Origin: Vibrio alginolyticus NBRC 15630 = ATCC 17749
GTDB lineage: Bacteria; Pseudomonadota; Gammaproteobacteria; Enterobacterales; Vibrionaceae
Reading direction: 5' to 3'
Assembly: GCF_000354175.2 (NCBI RefSeq)
Contig: NC_022349.1
Location: 510,001-542,000, forward strand
Length of the DNA stretch: 32,000 nucleotides
This document shows, piece after piece, positions 18,690 to 27,119 of the stretch. The position numbers and the translations under genes are program-made. Positions within the stretch are counted from its first letter, which is position 1. Every line of letters begins with the position of its first letter. Under the pieces are notes generated by a model. The model was not told the origin of the DNA. It was given only the letters and a program-made list of their open reading frames with translations, and searched no databases.

Positions 18690-19149
18690 TGTAATTTGCG
18701 TTGATGACCAACGAGAGGTACTAAGCGCGGTTCTACAAGATTTAGAGCCGTTAAATCAGTGGTTGAATGTCGAAGACTGCGAATCAGCAGGTGAGGCTCT
18801 AGAACTGATGGATGAATTTGATGCAGAAGGCGAGATGATCGCATTGATTATTTCCGATCATGTGATGCCAGGTAAAACGGGAGTAGAGCTGCTGACCGAT
18901 GTATCAAAAGACGGTCGTTTTGGCTTTACGAGGAAAGTGCTTCTTACCGGGCAAGCGACGCACACCGATACGATTAATGCGATCAACTCCGCAGGCATTG
19001 ACCGCTACTTTGAAAAACCATGGCAAGCAAGCCAATTAATAGAGTGCGTTAGAAACCTGGTGACCCAATATATCTTTGATGTGGGCTTAGATTACACTCA
19101 GTATCACGAACATTTAGATCAGAGTGTGGTGTTTGAACGCCTACGTTAA
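18676..19149 (+). CDS. Stand-alone receiver-domain response regulator (no output domain)
   Basis: I prefer the ATG at 18676, which has a GAGGG SD 5 nt upstream and overlaps the kinase gene by 14 nt. Receiver residues are DD (VICVDDQ), the phospho-acceptor D (IISDHVMPG), T (LLTGQA) and K (EKPW). A ~35-aa C-terminal tail carries no recognisable domain. Confidence 0.8.
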   Translation: MEKLNVICVDDQREVLSAVLQDLEPLNQWLNVEDCESAGEALELMDEFDAEGEMIALIISDHVMPGKTGVELLTDVSKDGRFGFTRKVLLTGQATHTDTINAINSAGIDRYFEKPWQASQLIECVRNLVTQYIFDVGLDYTQYHEHLDQSVVFERLR

Positions 19150-19256
19150 TAGGGGGCATTAAGCTTTGTTTTCGTCACGGCCAGTTAGTGTCTGAAATCT
19201 ATAGTGAATAGTTCAGCATGTTTAACGTGGCCGTGCGGAATATTGCTCTAGTATGC

Positions 19257-20960
19257 TTAACTCAACGAATAGCGGCTTGCACTGGCAACAGAAAGTGGCT
19301 TAGAGAACCAATAACCTTGCAGATAATCGACGCCCATTTCGGTAAAAAATTCACACATTTTGGCGTCTTCAATTCCCTCAATCACTACTTCAATATTATT
19401 TTCCTGGCACATAGTGATAAGAAACTTCAGATATTCTTGTGAAGAGCGGTTGGTTAGTGTTTTCCACGCCATCGACCTATCAATTTTGATTTGTGTCATC
19501 GGGAGGTCGAAGAAGCTATTTAATGAACTGTAACCCGATCCAAAGTCATCCAGAGAGAGTGCAAATCCTAGTTCCCTGAGGGTATTCAGAGGGGCAATGG
19601 CTGTCTGATTATTATCCAAAATAAACGTTTCTGTTAGTTCCAAAACAATAGACTCAGGATCGACACCAACCTCATCCGCCATGGCTTTAATTCGCGCAGG
19701 GAATTCACTGTTCATTAACTGAAGTACAGAAACATTCACGTTGACGCGAACTTGGTTTTGGTAACGCTCACGGTAGTTTTTGATAAATTCACACGCTTTG
19801 GCAAAGACTTGATATCCGAGTTCGACAATCAAACCTTTGTTCTCTGCCACGGGGATGAATTCGTCTGGATAAATTTCGCCAAACTCTTTGCTACGCCAGC
19901 GAACCAGAGATTCGAAGCTCACCACTTTTGAGCTTTTGGCGTCAATAATTGGCTGAAACTTAACGCTTAATGTCTGTTTTTCTAGTGCACTTTTTAGACC
20001 TTGCTCAATAAAGAAATAACGGTCTACGGCATGCTGAGTTTTCTCACTGTAAACCGCAACACGGTCTTTATTCTGTTCGCTTGCGTACTGACAAGTTCGT
20101 GCTGCTTTACGTAATATTTCCTCTGCTGAGTGACTTGGATCTATGCAAGGATACAAACCAATACTAATGTTACTTCCTAAGTATTGGCCTTCTTCAATCA
20201 CTGCCTCGTGGTAGGTTTCCTTTAAACTTTCGGCGTAACTTTGTAGCGTTTCTACCGAGCATTCATCGTGAATCAAAATCGCAAAGTCATCATCATGTAC
20301 GCGATATACAGAACTATTTGGAGAAGGTAGGTGACTGAGAGTTTGTAGCAATTTTTCCACTAACCCATCGACCAACTCGCTGCCATATTGATTTAAGTAA
20401 GATTTAATCTCTTCTATCTGAATGTAACAGATAGATGCACAAGAATCGGTGGCTCGCACACTATCTTCAATATCCAGCAAGAGATGGGCGCGATTAGCCA
20501 TACCTGACGCATTGTCATGAAATGCGACTTGATGAATATAGCTTTCCATCAGCTTGCGTTCAGAAATATCACGGTGGCTACCAACCATATAATGACCATG
20601 TTCTGTTTCTTTGGTCATGGCTACGCCTTCAATCCAGACGTACTGCCCATTGGGTTTACGCACGCGGTAGGTCGTTGTGACCCTCGTGTTGTTGGTAATG
20701 ATGTGAGCATCGACCCGAGTGGAGAGTCTTTCTCGATCGAGAGGGTGAACAAGGTCTAACCATTGCTCTAAGCTGATTCGACCAGCGTTGATACCAAGCT
20801 GCTCATAAAAGCCCTTGTTATAAAATACCATGGTGCCAAACTCATCCATGTAAAAGAGGCCTTCGTTAAATACATCGAAGATATGAATGAATCGTTCTTC
20901 GACGATTTTTAGGAACTCTCGGTCACTATCTGAGACTTGTTGGTCAAATATGGTGGTCAA
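19257..20960 (-). CDS. PAS / degenerate-GGDEF / EAL protein, a likely c-di-GMP phosphodiesterase
   Basis: A TTG start is preceded by a strong GGAGGA SD 6 nt upstream. The GGDEF position reads HDDDF (RVHDDDFAIL). The EAL domain retains ESL(VRW), NVS, ELTE, DDFGSGYSSL, KID, EGIE and QGY. Confidence 0.85.
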   Translation of the reverse strand: MTTIFDQQVSDSDREFLKIVEERFIHIFDVFNEGLFYMDEFGTMVFYNKGFYEQLGINAGRISLEQWLDLVHPLDRERLSTRVDAHIITNNTRVTTTYRVRKPNGQYVWIEGVAMTKETEHGHYMVGSHRDISERKLMESYIHQVAFHDNASGMANRAHLLLDIEDSVRATDSCASICYIQIEEIKSYLNQYGSELVDGLVEKLLQTLSHLPSPNSSVYRVHDDDFAILIHDECSVETLQSYAESLKETYHEAVIEEGQYLGSNISIGLYPCIDPSHSAEEILRKAARTCQYASEQNKDRVAVYSEKTQHAVDRYFFIEQGLKSALEKQTLSVKFQPIIDAKSSKVVSFESLVRWRSKEFGEIYPDEFIPVAENKGLIVELGYQVFAKACEFIKNYRERYQNQVRVNVNVSVLQLMNSEFPARIKAMADEVGVDPESIVLELTETFILDNNQTAIAPLNTLRELGFALSLDDFGSGYSSLNSFFDLPMTQIKIDRSMAWKTLTNRSSQEYLKFLITMCQENNIEVVIEGIEDAKMCEFFTEMGVDYLQGYWFSKPLSVASASRYSLS

Positions 20961-21447
20961 GATATTTCCTCCTCGAGCCTTTTAGCATCAGAGATGAGTG
21001 TTGGGGTTGATAACATAGAGTTGATCTACTGGCGTACATTACAATCACAAAAGTGTCAGTTCAAATTGTTTGGCTATCATTTTATGCGCTACTAGGTTAA
21101 TAACATACTAAGATTAGGCGGCTAATCATCGACATTTATAAAAAATAGTCAACAGTAAAAATCATTTATAAAATACAGTTATTGATGCCGTCCGCAATCT
21201 ATAAATATTTATGAATAATTATCCTAAAGTTATTTTCAGTTGTGTCGGTATCAATGTGCGGTTTTCTAACGTCATTTGTATATATGCTATCTTGGATAAA
21301 ACCATAATAACAAAAAGGACTTAATGAGCGCGACCGATTATTAATTGACAGGATGCTCATTAATTGTAATCAATTCAAATTTATTATCACGCCAAGTAAT
21401 CAAATCTCTTATAATGCGGACGTTAATATCGAGTAAGCCTTCTTTAT

Positions 21448-22665
21448 ATGCAGTACGATCCGAAAAATTCAATCAAAATTGCGCTCGCTGATATCGGCGT
21501 TGGTATGTTTGTTACCGCGATAGAGCACAACAAGCGCGTCAATTTAGCCAATGCAGGGCGGATATCTAGCCCTGAAGGCATTAAGAAGCTTGCTACAAGT
21601 GGAGTAAAGTATGTTTGGGTAGATCAAACATTATCTTCGCAGCAGTGTGTCTTCAAGCATGTAGATGAATCAACTGATGCCACTAAAGAGACGAGAGAGC
21701 AGAAACACTCAGATTTTAAGAGGGGTCAACGAACTTATCGTTCGAGAGACATCCAACACAAGCGAGCCAAAAAGCTGATCGCCGAAGCAAAAGATTTGGC
21801 GCAGAAACTATTGAATCAAACTTTTGAAGGAAAAATCATTGAAGTTGATGAAGTAGAAGCTTGGGCTGACGATGTCATTGAAAGTGTTTTGATTGACTCA
21901 GATGCGTTGCAGTGTGTCTCTGCACTCCGAAAAAAAGACTCTTACTTATTGGAACATTCCGTCAATGTCGCTTGTCTTTTAGTGTCATTCGGTAAGTACT
22001 TGGGCTTGGATAAGCCAACGCTAAAACAGCTTGCTGTAGGTGGCATTATTCATGATGTAGGTAAAATTAAAGTCGATGATAAGATCTTGCACAAGCCAGC
22101 GAAGCTAACGCCTGAAGAATTTGAACATATGAAGCTACATCAAGTGTTCGCAGGTGAGATTATCCTTCACGTAAAAGGGCTTAGTGAAGTAAGCCGTGAT
22201 GTTTGTTTGATGCACCACGAGAAGTTAGATGGCAATGGTTATCCTAGAGGCTTGAAGGGGGATGAGATTCCAATTCACGGCCGTATGAGCTGTATTGTAG
22301 ATATCTACGATGCGCTAACGGCTGATCGCTGTTACAAAAAAGGCATGAGTTCTGCGGAAGCGTTTAAAATCTTGTTGAGTCTAACGCCATTTCATTTAGA
22401 CGCAGACTTAGTTTACAAATTCATTAATTGCATTGGGATGTACCCCGTAGGCTCCATTGTCGAGTTGAACGATGGGCGTGTTGGTATTGTTTGGTCTTCA
22501 AATGAATCTCAAGCATTAAAGCCAGAAGTGAAATGTTTCTACTCCCGCAAGTATAAACGATACATTGATGTCACGATGGTGGATTTAAAAACGAGTGCGT
22601 ACAAAATTGAAAGAGCGATCGCGCCTTCATCGTTAGAGATCGATCCTAAGCCTTTTTATGATTAA
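21448..22665 (+). CDS. HD-GYP-domain c-di-GMP phosphodiesterase with a DUF3391-like N-terminal domain
   Basis: The 405-aa product has LEHSVNVA, HDVGK and HHEKLDGNGYPRGL motifs. Its N-terminus (IALADIGVGMFV...VKYVWVD) resembles the DUF3391 module seen in front of many HD-GYP domains. Confidence 0.85.
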   Translation: MQYDPKNSIKIALADIGVGMFVTAIEHNKRVNLANAGRISSPEGIKKLATSGVKYVWVDQTLSSQQCVFKHVDESTDATKETREQKHSDFKRGQRTYRSRDIQHKRAKKLIAEAKDLAQKLLNQTFEGKIIEVDEVEAWADDVIESVLIDSDALQCVSALRKKDSYLLEHSVNVACLLVSFGKYLGLDKPTLKQLAVGGIIHDVGKIKVDDKILHKPAKLTPEEFEHMKLHQVFAGEIILHVKGLSEVSRDVCLMHHEKLDGNGYPRGLKGDEIPIHGRMSCIVDIYDALTADRCYKKGMSSAEAFKILLSLTPFHLDADLVYKFINCIGMYPVGSIVELNDGRVGIVWSSNESQALKPEVKCFYSRKYKRYIDVTMVDLKTSAYKIERAIAPSSLEIDPKPFYD

Positions 22666-22867
22666 GAGAAATAGATAAGCTTATACAACAGGCTTTACAT
22701 CCTTGCATGTAGATCGTATTTTATTTGCATAACTATCTATTAATTTTTTCTAAGTTATTTAGATGCAAGATGGTTATTAAGACCTCGGCTTCATGGATAG
22801 AAACCGGGCGATAAAATAGTTCTATACACAATGGGCTATAAACCTCATTTTGCTGGAAGGGATGCCA

Positions 22868-23491
22868 ATGCAAATAGATACATGGATTTTTTACACTCTT
22901 GCCATTCTCGTGCTCACAGCTTCACCAGGACCAAGCTCACTGTTGTGTTTAAGTAAAGGAGTGAGTAGTGGGTTTCGTATTGCTTTCATGACTGCACTTG
23001 GCAGTTTGTCTGCGATTACGAGCATCCTTACGCTCTCATTTACCGGGCTGGGAGTTGTCATTGCTTCATCTGAGTTAGTTTTTAATATTATCAAATGGTG
23101 TGGTGCCGCTTATTTAATCTGGTTAGGTATTCAAGCGTTGCGCTCATCTCAGAGAGATTTTAATAAAACGGCAACGACTCAAAGTTCCGCGACAGCGTTC
23201 AGCGCGTTCACTAGTGGTTTCATTGTTGGCGCTAGTAACCCCAAAGCGATAGTCTTTTTCACCGCTTTGTTTCCTCAATTCATTGAACCTTCCGCACCGC
23301 TACTGGCTCAATACGCGATTTTCGCGTCTACATTTGTGGTTTTTGAGCTTAGCTGGCTAACATTTTATGCATTGTTAGGGGTAAAAGCCTCCGATTGGTT
23401 GTTTGTCGCTGGAAGGGCGAAGTTGTTCAATCGTTTGACTGGTGGAGTATTTATTGGTGCAGGCGTGATGTTGTCGACGGCAAACCGATAA
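22868..23491 (+). CDS. LysE/RhtB-family amino-acid (or homoserine lactone) exporter
   Basis: I prefer the ATG at 22868, downstream of a GGAAGGGA SD. The product is about 207 aa with six hydrophobic segments and the N-terminal ASPGPS motif typical of the family. Confidence 0.8.
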   Translation: MQIDTWIFYTLAILVLTASPGPSSLLCLSKGVSSGFRIAFMTALGSLSAITSILTLSFTGLGVVIASSELVFNIIKWCGAAYLIWLGIQALRSSQRDFNKTATTQSSATAFSAFTSGFIVGASNPKAIVFFTALFPQFIEPSAPLLAQYAIFASTFVVFELSWLTFYALLGVKASDWLFVAGRAKLFNRLTGGVFIGAGVMLSTANR

Positions 23492-23563
23492 GTAAGACAG
23501 ATTTCGGTACGCAGTTAGGTTTTCCCATATAGTAAGTTGGAATGCGCTAATTTAGCTTTGTCT

Positions 23564-23582
23564 TATTTCCAGAATGGAAATA
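23564..23582. promoter_or_regulatory. Perfect 8-3-8 palindrome upstream of the glycyl radical enzyme gene; candidate operator
   Basis: The sequence is TATTTCCA gaa TGGAAATA. It lies 122 nt upstream of the ATG at 23704, and I found no other symmetric element in this 212-bp intergenic region. Confidence 0.3.
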
Positions 23583-23703
23583 GACGTTTTGTTTATTTTC
23601 ATTAGTGGCAACAGCCAAGCAGGAGTAAAATCACGTTACTCTTTAGGGGTAGAGCTCGTATTTTGTCTTGTGGGCTTGTGGTTACTTTGTAGGAATATCT
23701 TAG

Positions 23704-25248
23704 ATGACAAGCCTTTCTAAACTACAACAACGTTTTCTAGATATCGCGACCGACGTCCGTCTTTCTCCAAAACAGAAGTCGAGTTTTTTAGCTTTAGAGG
23801 CGGAAGCGTGCATTCCTTACATGACCGTATCTCCATCACTGAGACAAGCAATGGATGAAGGCATCATCTGCGATATGTTTGAAGGTCATGCACCGTTTAA
23901 ACCTCGCTATGTGTTGCCTGATTACGCTAAATTTCTATCGCAAGGCTCAGACTATTTAGAGTTGTCTCCGGCTGATGATTTCGATGATGCGTTGAATATG
24001 CTTACCATCATTTACCATCATGTTCCTTCGGTAACGAACATTCCGGTTTACTTAGGCCAGTTAGATGATGTCTTGTTGCCTTACATAGGCGACCTAACAG
24101 AGAGCCAGATTTACAAAAAGTTAAAACATTTTTGGATCATGCTGGATCGCACATTGCCAGATGCGTTTATGCATGTGAATGTCGGACCGACAGACAACAT
24201 TATTTGTCGCACTGTTTTAAAAGTAGATGCGGAGCTCAAGCAGATCGCACCGAATCTCACCTTTATGTACGACGAGACAGTTACACCTGATGATTTACTT
24301 CGTCAAGCGACACAGAACATTTGTGAATGCAGTAAACCGCATATTGCCAATTACCCAATGCACGCGAAAGCCTACAACGGCTCACGCTTTGGTATTGTAA
24401 GTTGCTACAACTCGCTTCCATTAGCAGGTGGCTCGAACACATTGGTGCGAATGAATTTAAAAGAAGTTGCAAAACGAGCATCAGACTGTAACGACTTCTT
24501 AAACAGTGCGTTGCCTTCTTACCATCGATTAATGGTCGAGCTCATAAACGCAAGAAGCACGCACTTGCATGAAAAATCGAACTTCTTTCAAGGCTTTTTG
24601 ACGCAAGAAGGGTTGATAAAAGAGTCCTATTTCGCGCCAATGTATGGCGTTTATGGCATGGCCGAAGCGGTAATCCTTCTATTTGAAAAAGAAGGGCAAA
24701 TAGGGCGATACGGAAAAAATGATCGAGCAAATACTTTTGCTCATGATGTTTCAGCAACACTGGCTAAACTGGTGGACTCAACCCCGGTGAAATATGGTTT
24801 AGATGGCAAAGCGCTCTTACATGCACAAGGCGGCATTAGCTTAGATCATGATGTTACGCCAGGTGTACGTCTGCCTTATGGTGCAGAGCCAGACCCTGTC
24901 ACTTATGTACAAGCAACGGCGAAGCATCATCAGTATTATCGTGCGGGTATCAGCGATATTTTGACGATTGATGAAACGGTGAAATCTAACCCAGAAGCGA
25001 TGTTCAATTTATGTAAAGGGGCACTAAATGCTGGTTATCGTGAGTTTACCGCGAATGTCACTTCAAATGACTTAATTCGCGTGACAGGCTACATGATCAA
25101 ACTTTCAGATGTCGCGAAATATGATAAAGAAGGTTCGAGAACCAACACGACGTTTCTAGGTGCAGAAGCAGCAAAAAATACCAAAATTTTAGAACGCTCG
25201 CCACGTGTGGTGAGTCATGAAGTAACACCGACTTACACGCAGGCATAA
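23704..25248 (+). CDS. yjjI: YjjI-family glycine (glycyl) radical enzyme
   Basis: The 514-aa product has an AGGAA SD. The C-terminal glycyl radical fingerprint is DLIRVTGYMIKL, with Gly462 at nt 25087-25089. Length and layout match the short YjjI/HI0521 family. It is followed directly by a dedicated radical-SAM activase. Confidence 0.85.
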   Translation: MTSLSKLQQRFLDIATDVRLSPKQKSSFLALEAEACIPYMTVSPSLRQAMDEGIICDMFEGHAPFKPRYVLPDYAKFLSQGSDYLELSPADDFDDALNMLTIIYHHVPSVTNIPVYLGQLDDVLLPYIGDLTESQIYKKLKHFWIMLDRTLPDAFMHVNVGPTDNIICRTVLKVDAELKQIAPNLTFMYDETVTPDDLLRQATQNICECSKPHIANYPMHAKAYNGSRFGIVSCYNSLPLAGGSNTLVRMNLKEVAKRASDCNDFLNSALPSYHRLMVELINARSTHLHEKSNFFQGFLTQEGLIKESYFAPMYGVYGMAEAVILLFEKEGQIGRYGKNDRANTFAHDVSATLAKLVDSTPVKYGLDGKALLHAQGGISLDHDVTPGVRLPYGAEPDPVTYVQATAKHHQYYRAGISDILTIDETVKSNPEAMFNLCKGALNAGYREFTANVTSNDLIRVTGYMIKLSDVAKYDKEGSRTNTTFLGAEAAKNTKILERSPRVVSHEVTPTYTQA

Positions 25249-25270
25249 GTTCGGTTTAGGAAAGAACAAG

Positions 25271-26152
25271 ATGTCTAGACGAAGTGGAAGCCTTTTGGCA
25301 AAAGTCACTCGTATCCTTCCTTTCTCTTGTGTTGATGGGCCAGGAAATCGTCTAGTCATCTTTCTACAGGGTTGTAACTATCAGTGTTTGAACTGCCACA
25401 ATCCTCACACGATAAACCATTGTAATCATTGTGGTGAGTGTGTGAGTGAATGTTCAGCAGGCGCATTGAAGTTCGACGAAAACAACAACGTTGTTTGGCT
25501 TAAAGAGGAGTGCACCCACTGCGATCATTGTATAGAGATATGTCAGAACCAATCTAATCCAAAAATTACTGACTACTCTGTAGTAACAATGCTCGATTTG
25601 ATACGCAAACATCGCTTTTTCATCAGTGGTGTTACTGTATCCGGTGGGGAATCTACCTTACAACTTCCTTTCATTATTGAGCTGTTTAAAGGGATAAAAC
25701 AAGATCCTGAATTACGGCACCTCTCTTGTTTCATCGACAGTAACGGTTCTTTAGCGGTTGCTGGTTGGCAGCGTATTCTACCTTTTCTGGATGGCGCAAT
25801 GATCGATTTGAAAGCGTGGCAGACGGAGACGCATCAGTGGCTAACTGGGCGTGATAATCATCGTGTATTTAAAACCCTTCAGTACCTTGTTGAGCACGAA
25901 AAATTGTACGAGGTCCGCTTACTGCATATTCCCCAAAAAAGTGATTTAGATATAGAAATCGTAGCAATTGGGCGTTACTTGAGTACTCTTCCTGAATCGG
26001 TGCTTATCCGTTTAAATGCCTTTCAGCATCACGGAGTAGTGGGGGAGGCGTTAACTTGGGATATGTGCTCTCATCATGATATCGAACGCTTAAAATCAGA
26101 GCTTCGATGCTACGTGAGTAACCCTATCACAGTGCCGACAGTACTCACGTAG
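25271..26152 (+). CDS. yjjW: YjjW-family glycyl radical enzyme activating protein (radical SAM)
   Basis: The 293-aa product has the N-terminal activase motif DGPGNRLVIFLQGC. The radical-SAM cluster CNYQCLNC (CX3CX2C) is at nt 25373-25396. Two ferredoxin-type motifs follow, CNHCGECVSEC and CTHCDHCIEIC. It starts 22 nt after the yjjI stop and has its own SD. Confidence 0.85.
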   Translation: MSRRSGSLLAKVTRILPFSCVDGPGNRLVIFLQGCNYQCLNCHNPHTINHCNHCGECVSECSAGALKFDENNNVVWLKEECTHCDHCIEICQNQSNPKITDYSVVTMLDLIRKHRFFISGVTVSGGESTLQLPFIIELFKGIKQDPELRHLSCFIDSNGSLAVAGWQRILPFLDGAMIDLKAWQTETHQWLTGRDNHRVFKTLQYLVEHEKLYEVRLLHIPQKSDLDIEIVAIGRYLSTLPESVLIRLNAFQHHGVVGEALTWDMCSHHDIERLKSELRCYVSNPITVPTVLT

Positions 26153-26171
26153 TACCGTTGTTTATCTATGC

Positions 26172-27119
26172 TTACGCATCACAGGCATCTAACATGGCGC
26201 AGGCGTCGAGTAATTGTTGCTGTAACCATTTTAAAGCGGGATCGTTTAAGCTCGCTTTGTTCCAAACGAGGCTGTAGGCTACCTGTCCGTAATCGAATGG
26301 AAGAGCTTGTTCAACCAAACCTTTTGCTTGCATTGCCGCTCTTGCCCAAAGCTTGGAGCATGTGAACAAGTAATCCGAGTGCTGACACATCACCGCAGCT
26401 GAACCAAAGTCGGCTACACGCATGGCCAAGTTTCGCTTTGAATGCCTTTGGGTGAGATTTTGCTCAAAATAAGGTTGTGACAGATCTTTATCATGAATAC
26501 CGATGTGTCTTGCACAAAGGTAACTTTCAACAGATAGGGGTTGCTCAGCGAGTGGGTTCGATGCTCTCATTAAGCAAACCATTTCGTCTTTCAAAATGGT
26601 TTTCCAGACCAAGTCTTTATTTTGTGTGGGTGGTTGGCTGAGATCGTGAGGAAGCAACAAAAAATCCACTTGACCTCTTGCTAATGCATCGAAGCTCATT
26701 TCCTCTTTCGCATGGACATTCAAGTGCGCGTGATTGCTCAGTTGTTGGGACAAGTGCTGTAGAACTGGCGCAAAGAGCTCAAACGAACTTTCACGCATTG
26801 CTAATGAAAAACTACCTTGATAGTAAGCCGGATTAAAAGAGCCTTGATGTAATAACCCATTCATACTGGAGAGTATGCCATGGATTGATGGGCCTATATG
26901 CAGCGCAAATGCTGTCGGCACTAAGCGAGTGCCATCACGATAAAAAAGGTCATCCTTTAGCGTTTCGCGCAACTGTCCGAGCGTTTTACTGACGCTCGAT
27001 GGTGTTACACACAAGCGTTCTGCCGCAAGTGTGACGCTGTGAGTGGTTAACAACATATGTAAAACAGTTAGATGTTTAAGGCTTATACGCGAAAGAGCAA
27101 TGTAGTCCATAAATAGCAT
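26172..27119 (-). CDS. LysR-family transcriptional regulator
   Basis: The 315-aa product has an N-terminal wHTH (LKHLTVLHMLLTTHSVTLAAERLCVTPSSVSKTLGQLR) and a C-terminal LysR substrate-binding domain. It is convergent with yjjW and divergent from the TerC-family gene. Confidence 0.85.
   Translation of the reverse strand: MLFMDYIALSRISLKHLTVLHMLLTTHSVTLAAERLCVTPSSVSKTLGQLRETLKDDLFYRDGTRLVPTAFALHIGPSIHGILSSMNGLLHQGSFNPAYYQGSFSLAMRESSFELFAPVLQHLSQQLSNHAHLNVHAKEEMSFDALARGQVDFLLLPHDLSQPPTQNKDLVWKTILKDEMVCLMRASNPLAEQPLSVESYLCARHIGIHDKDLSQPYFEQNLTQRHSKRNLAMRVADFGSAAVMCQHSDYLFTCSKLWARAAMQAKGLVEQALPFDYGQVAYSLVWNKASLNDPALKWLQQQLLDACAMLDACDA

Noticed and set aside
23492-23703. FNR box (TTGAT-N4-ATCAA) upstream of the glycyl radical enzyme gene
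   Set aside because: I searched the whole intergenic region by eye on both strands and found no TTGAT/ATCAA half-sites with the right spacing.
26153-26171. Missing terminator in the 19-bp gap between convergent yjjW and the LysR gene
   Set aside because: I noted that no hairpin fits in this gap. Absence of a visible intrinsic terminator is common (Rho-dependent termination or hairpins inside coding sequence) and is not informative on its own.
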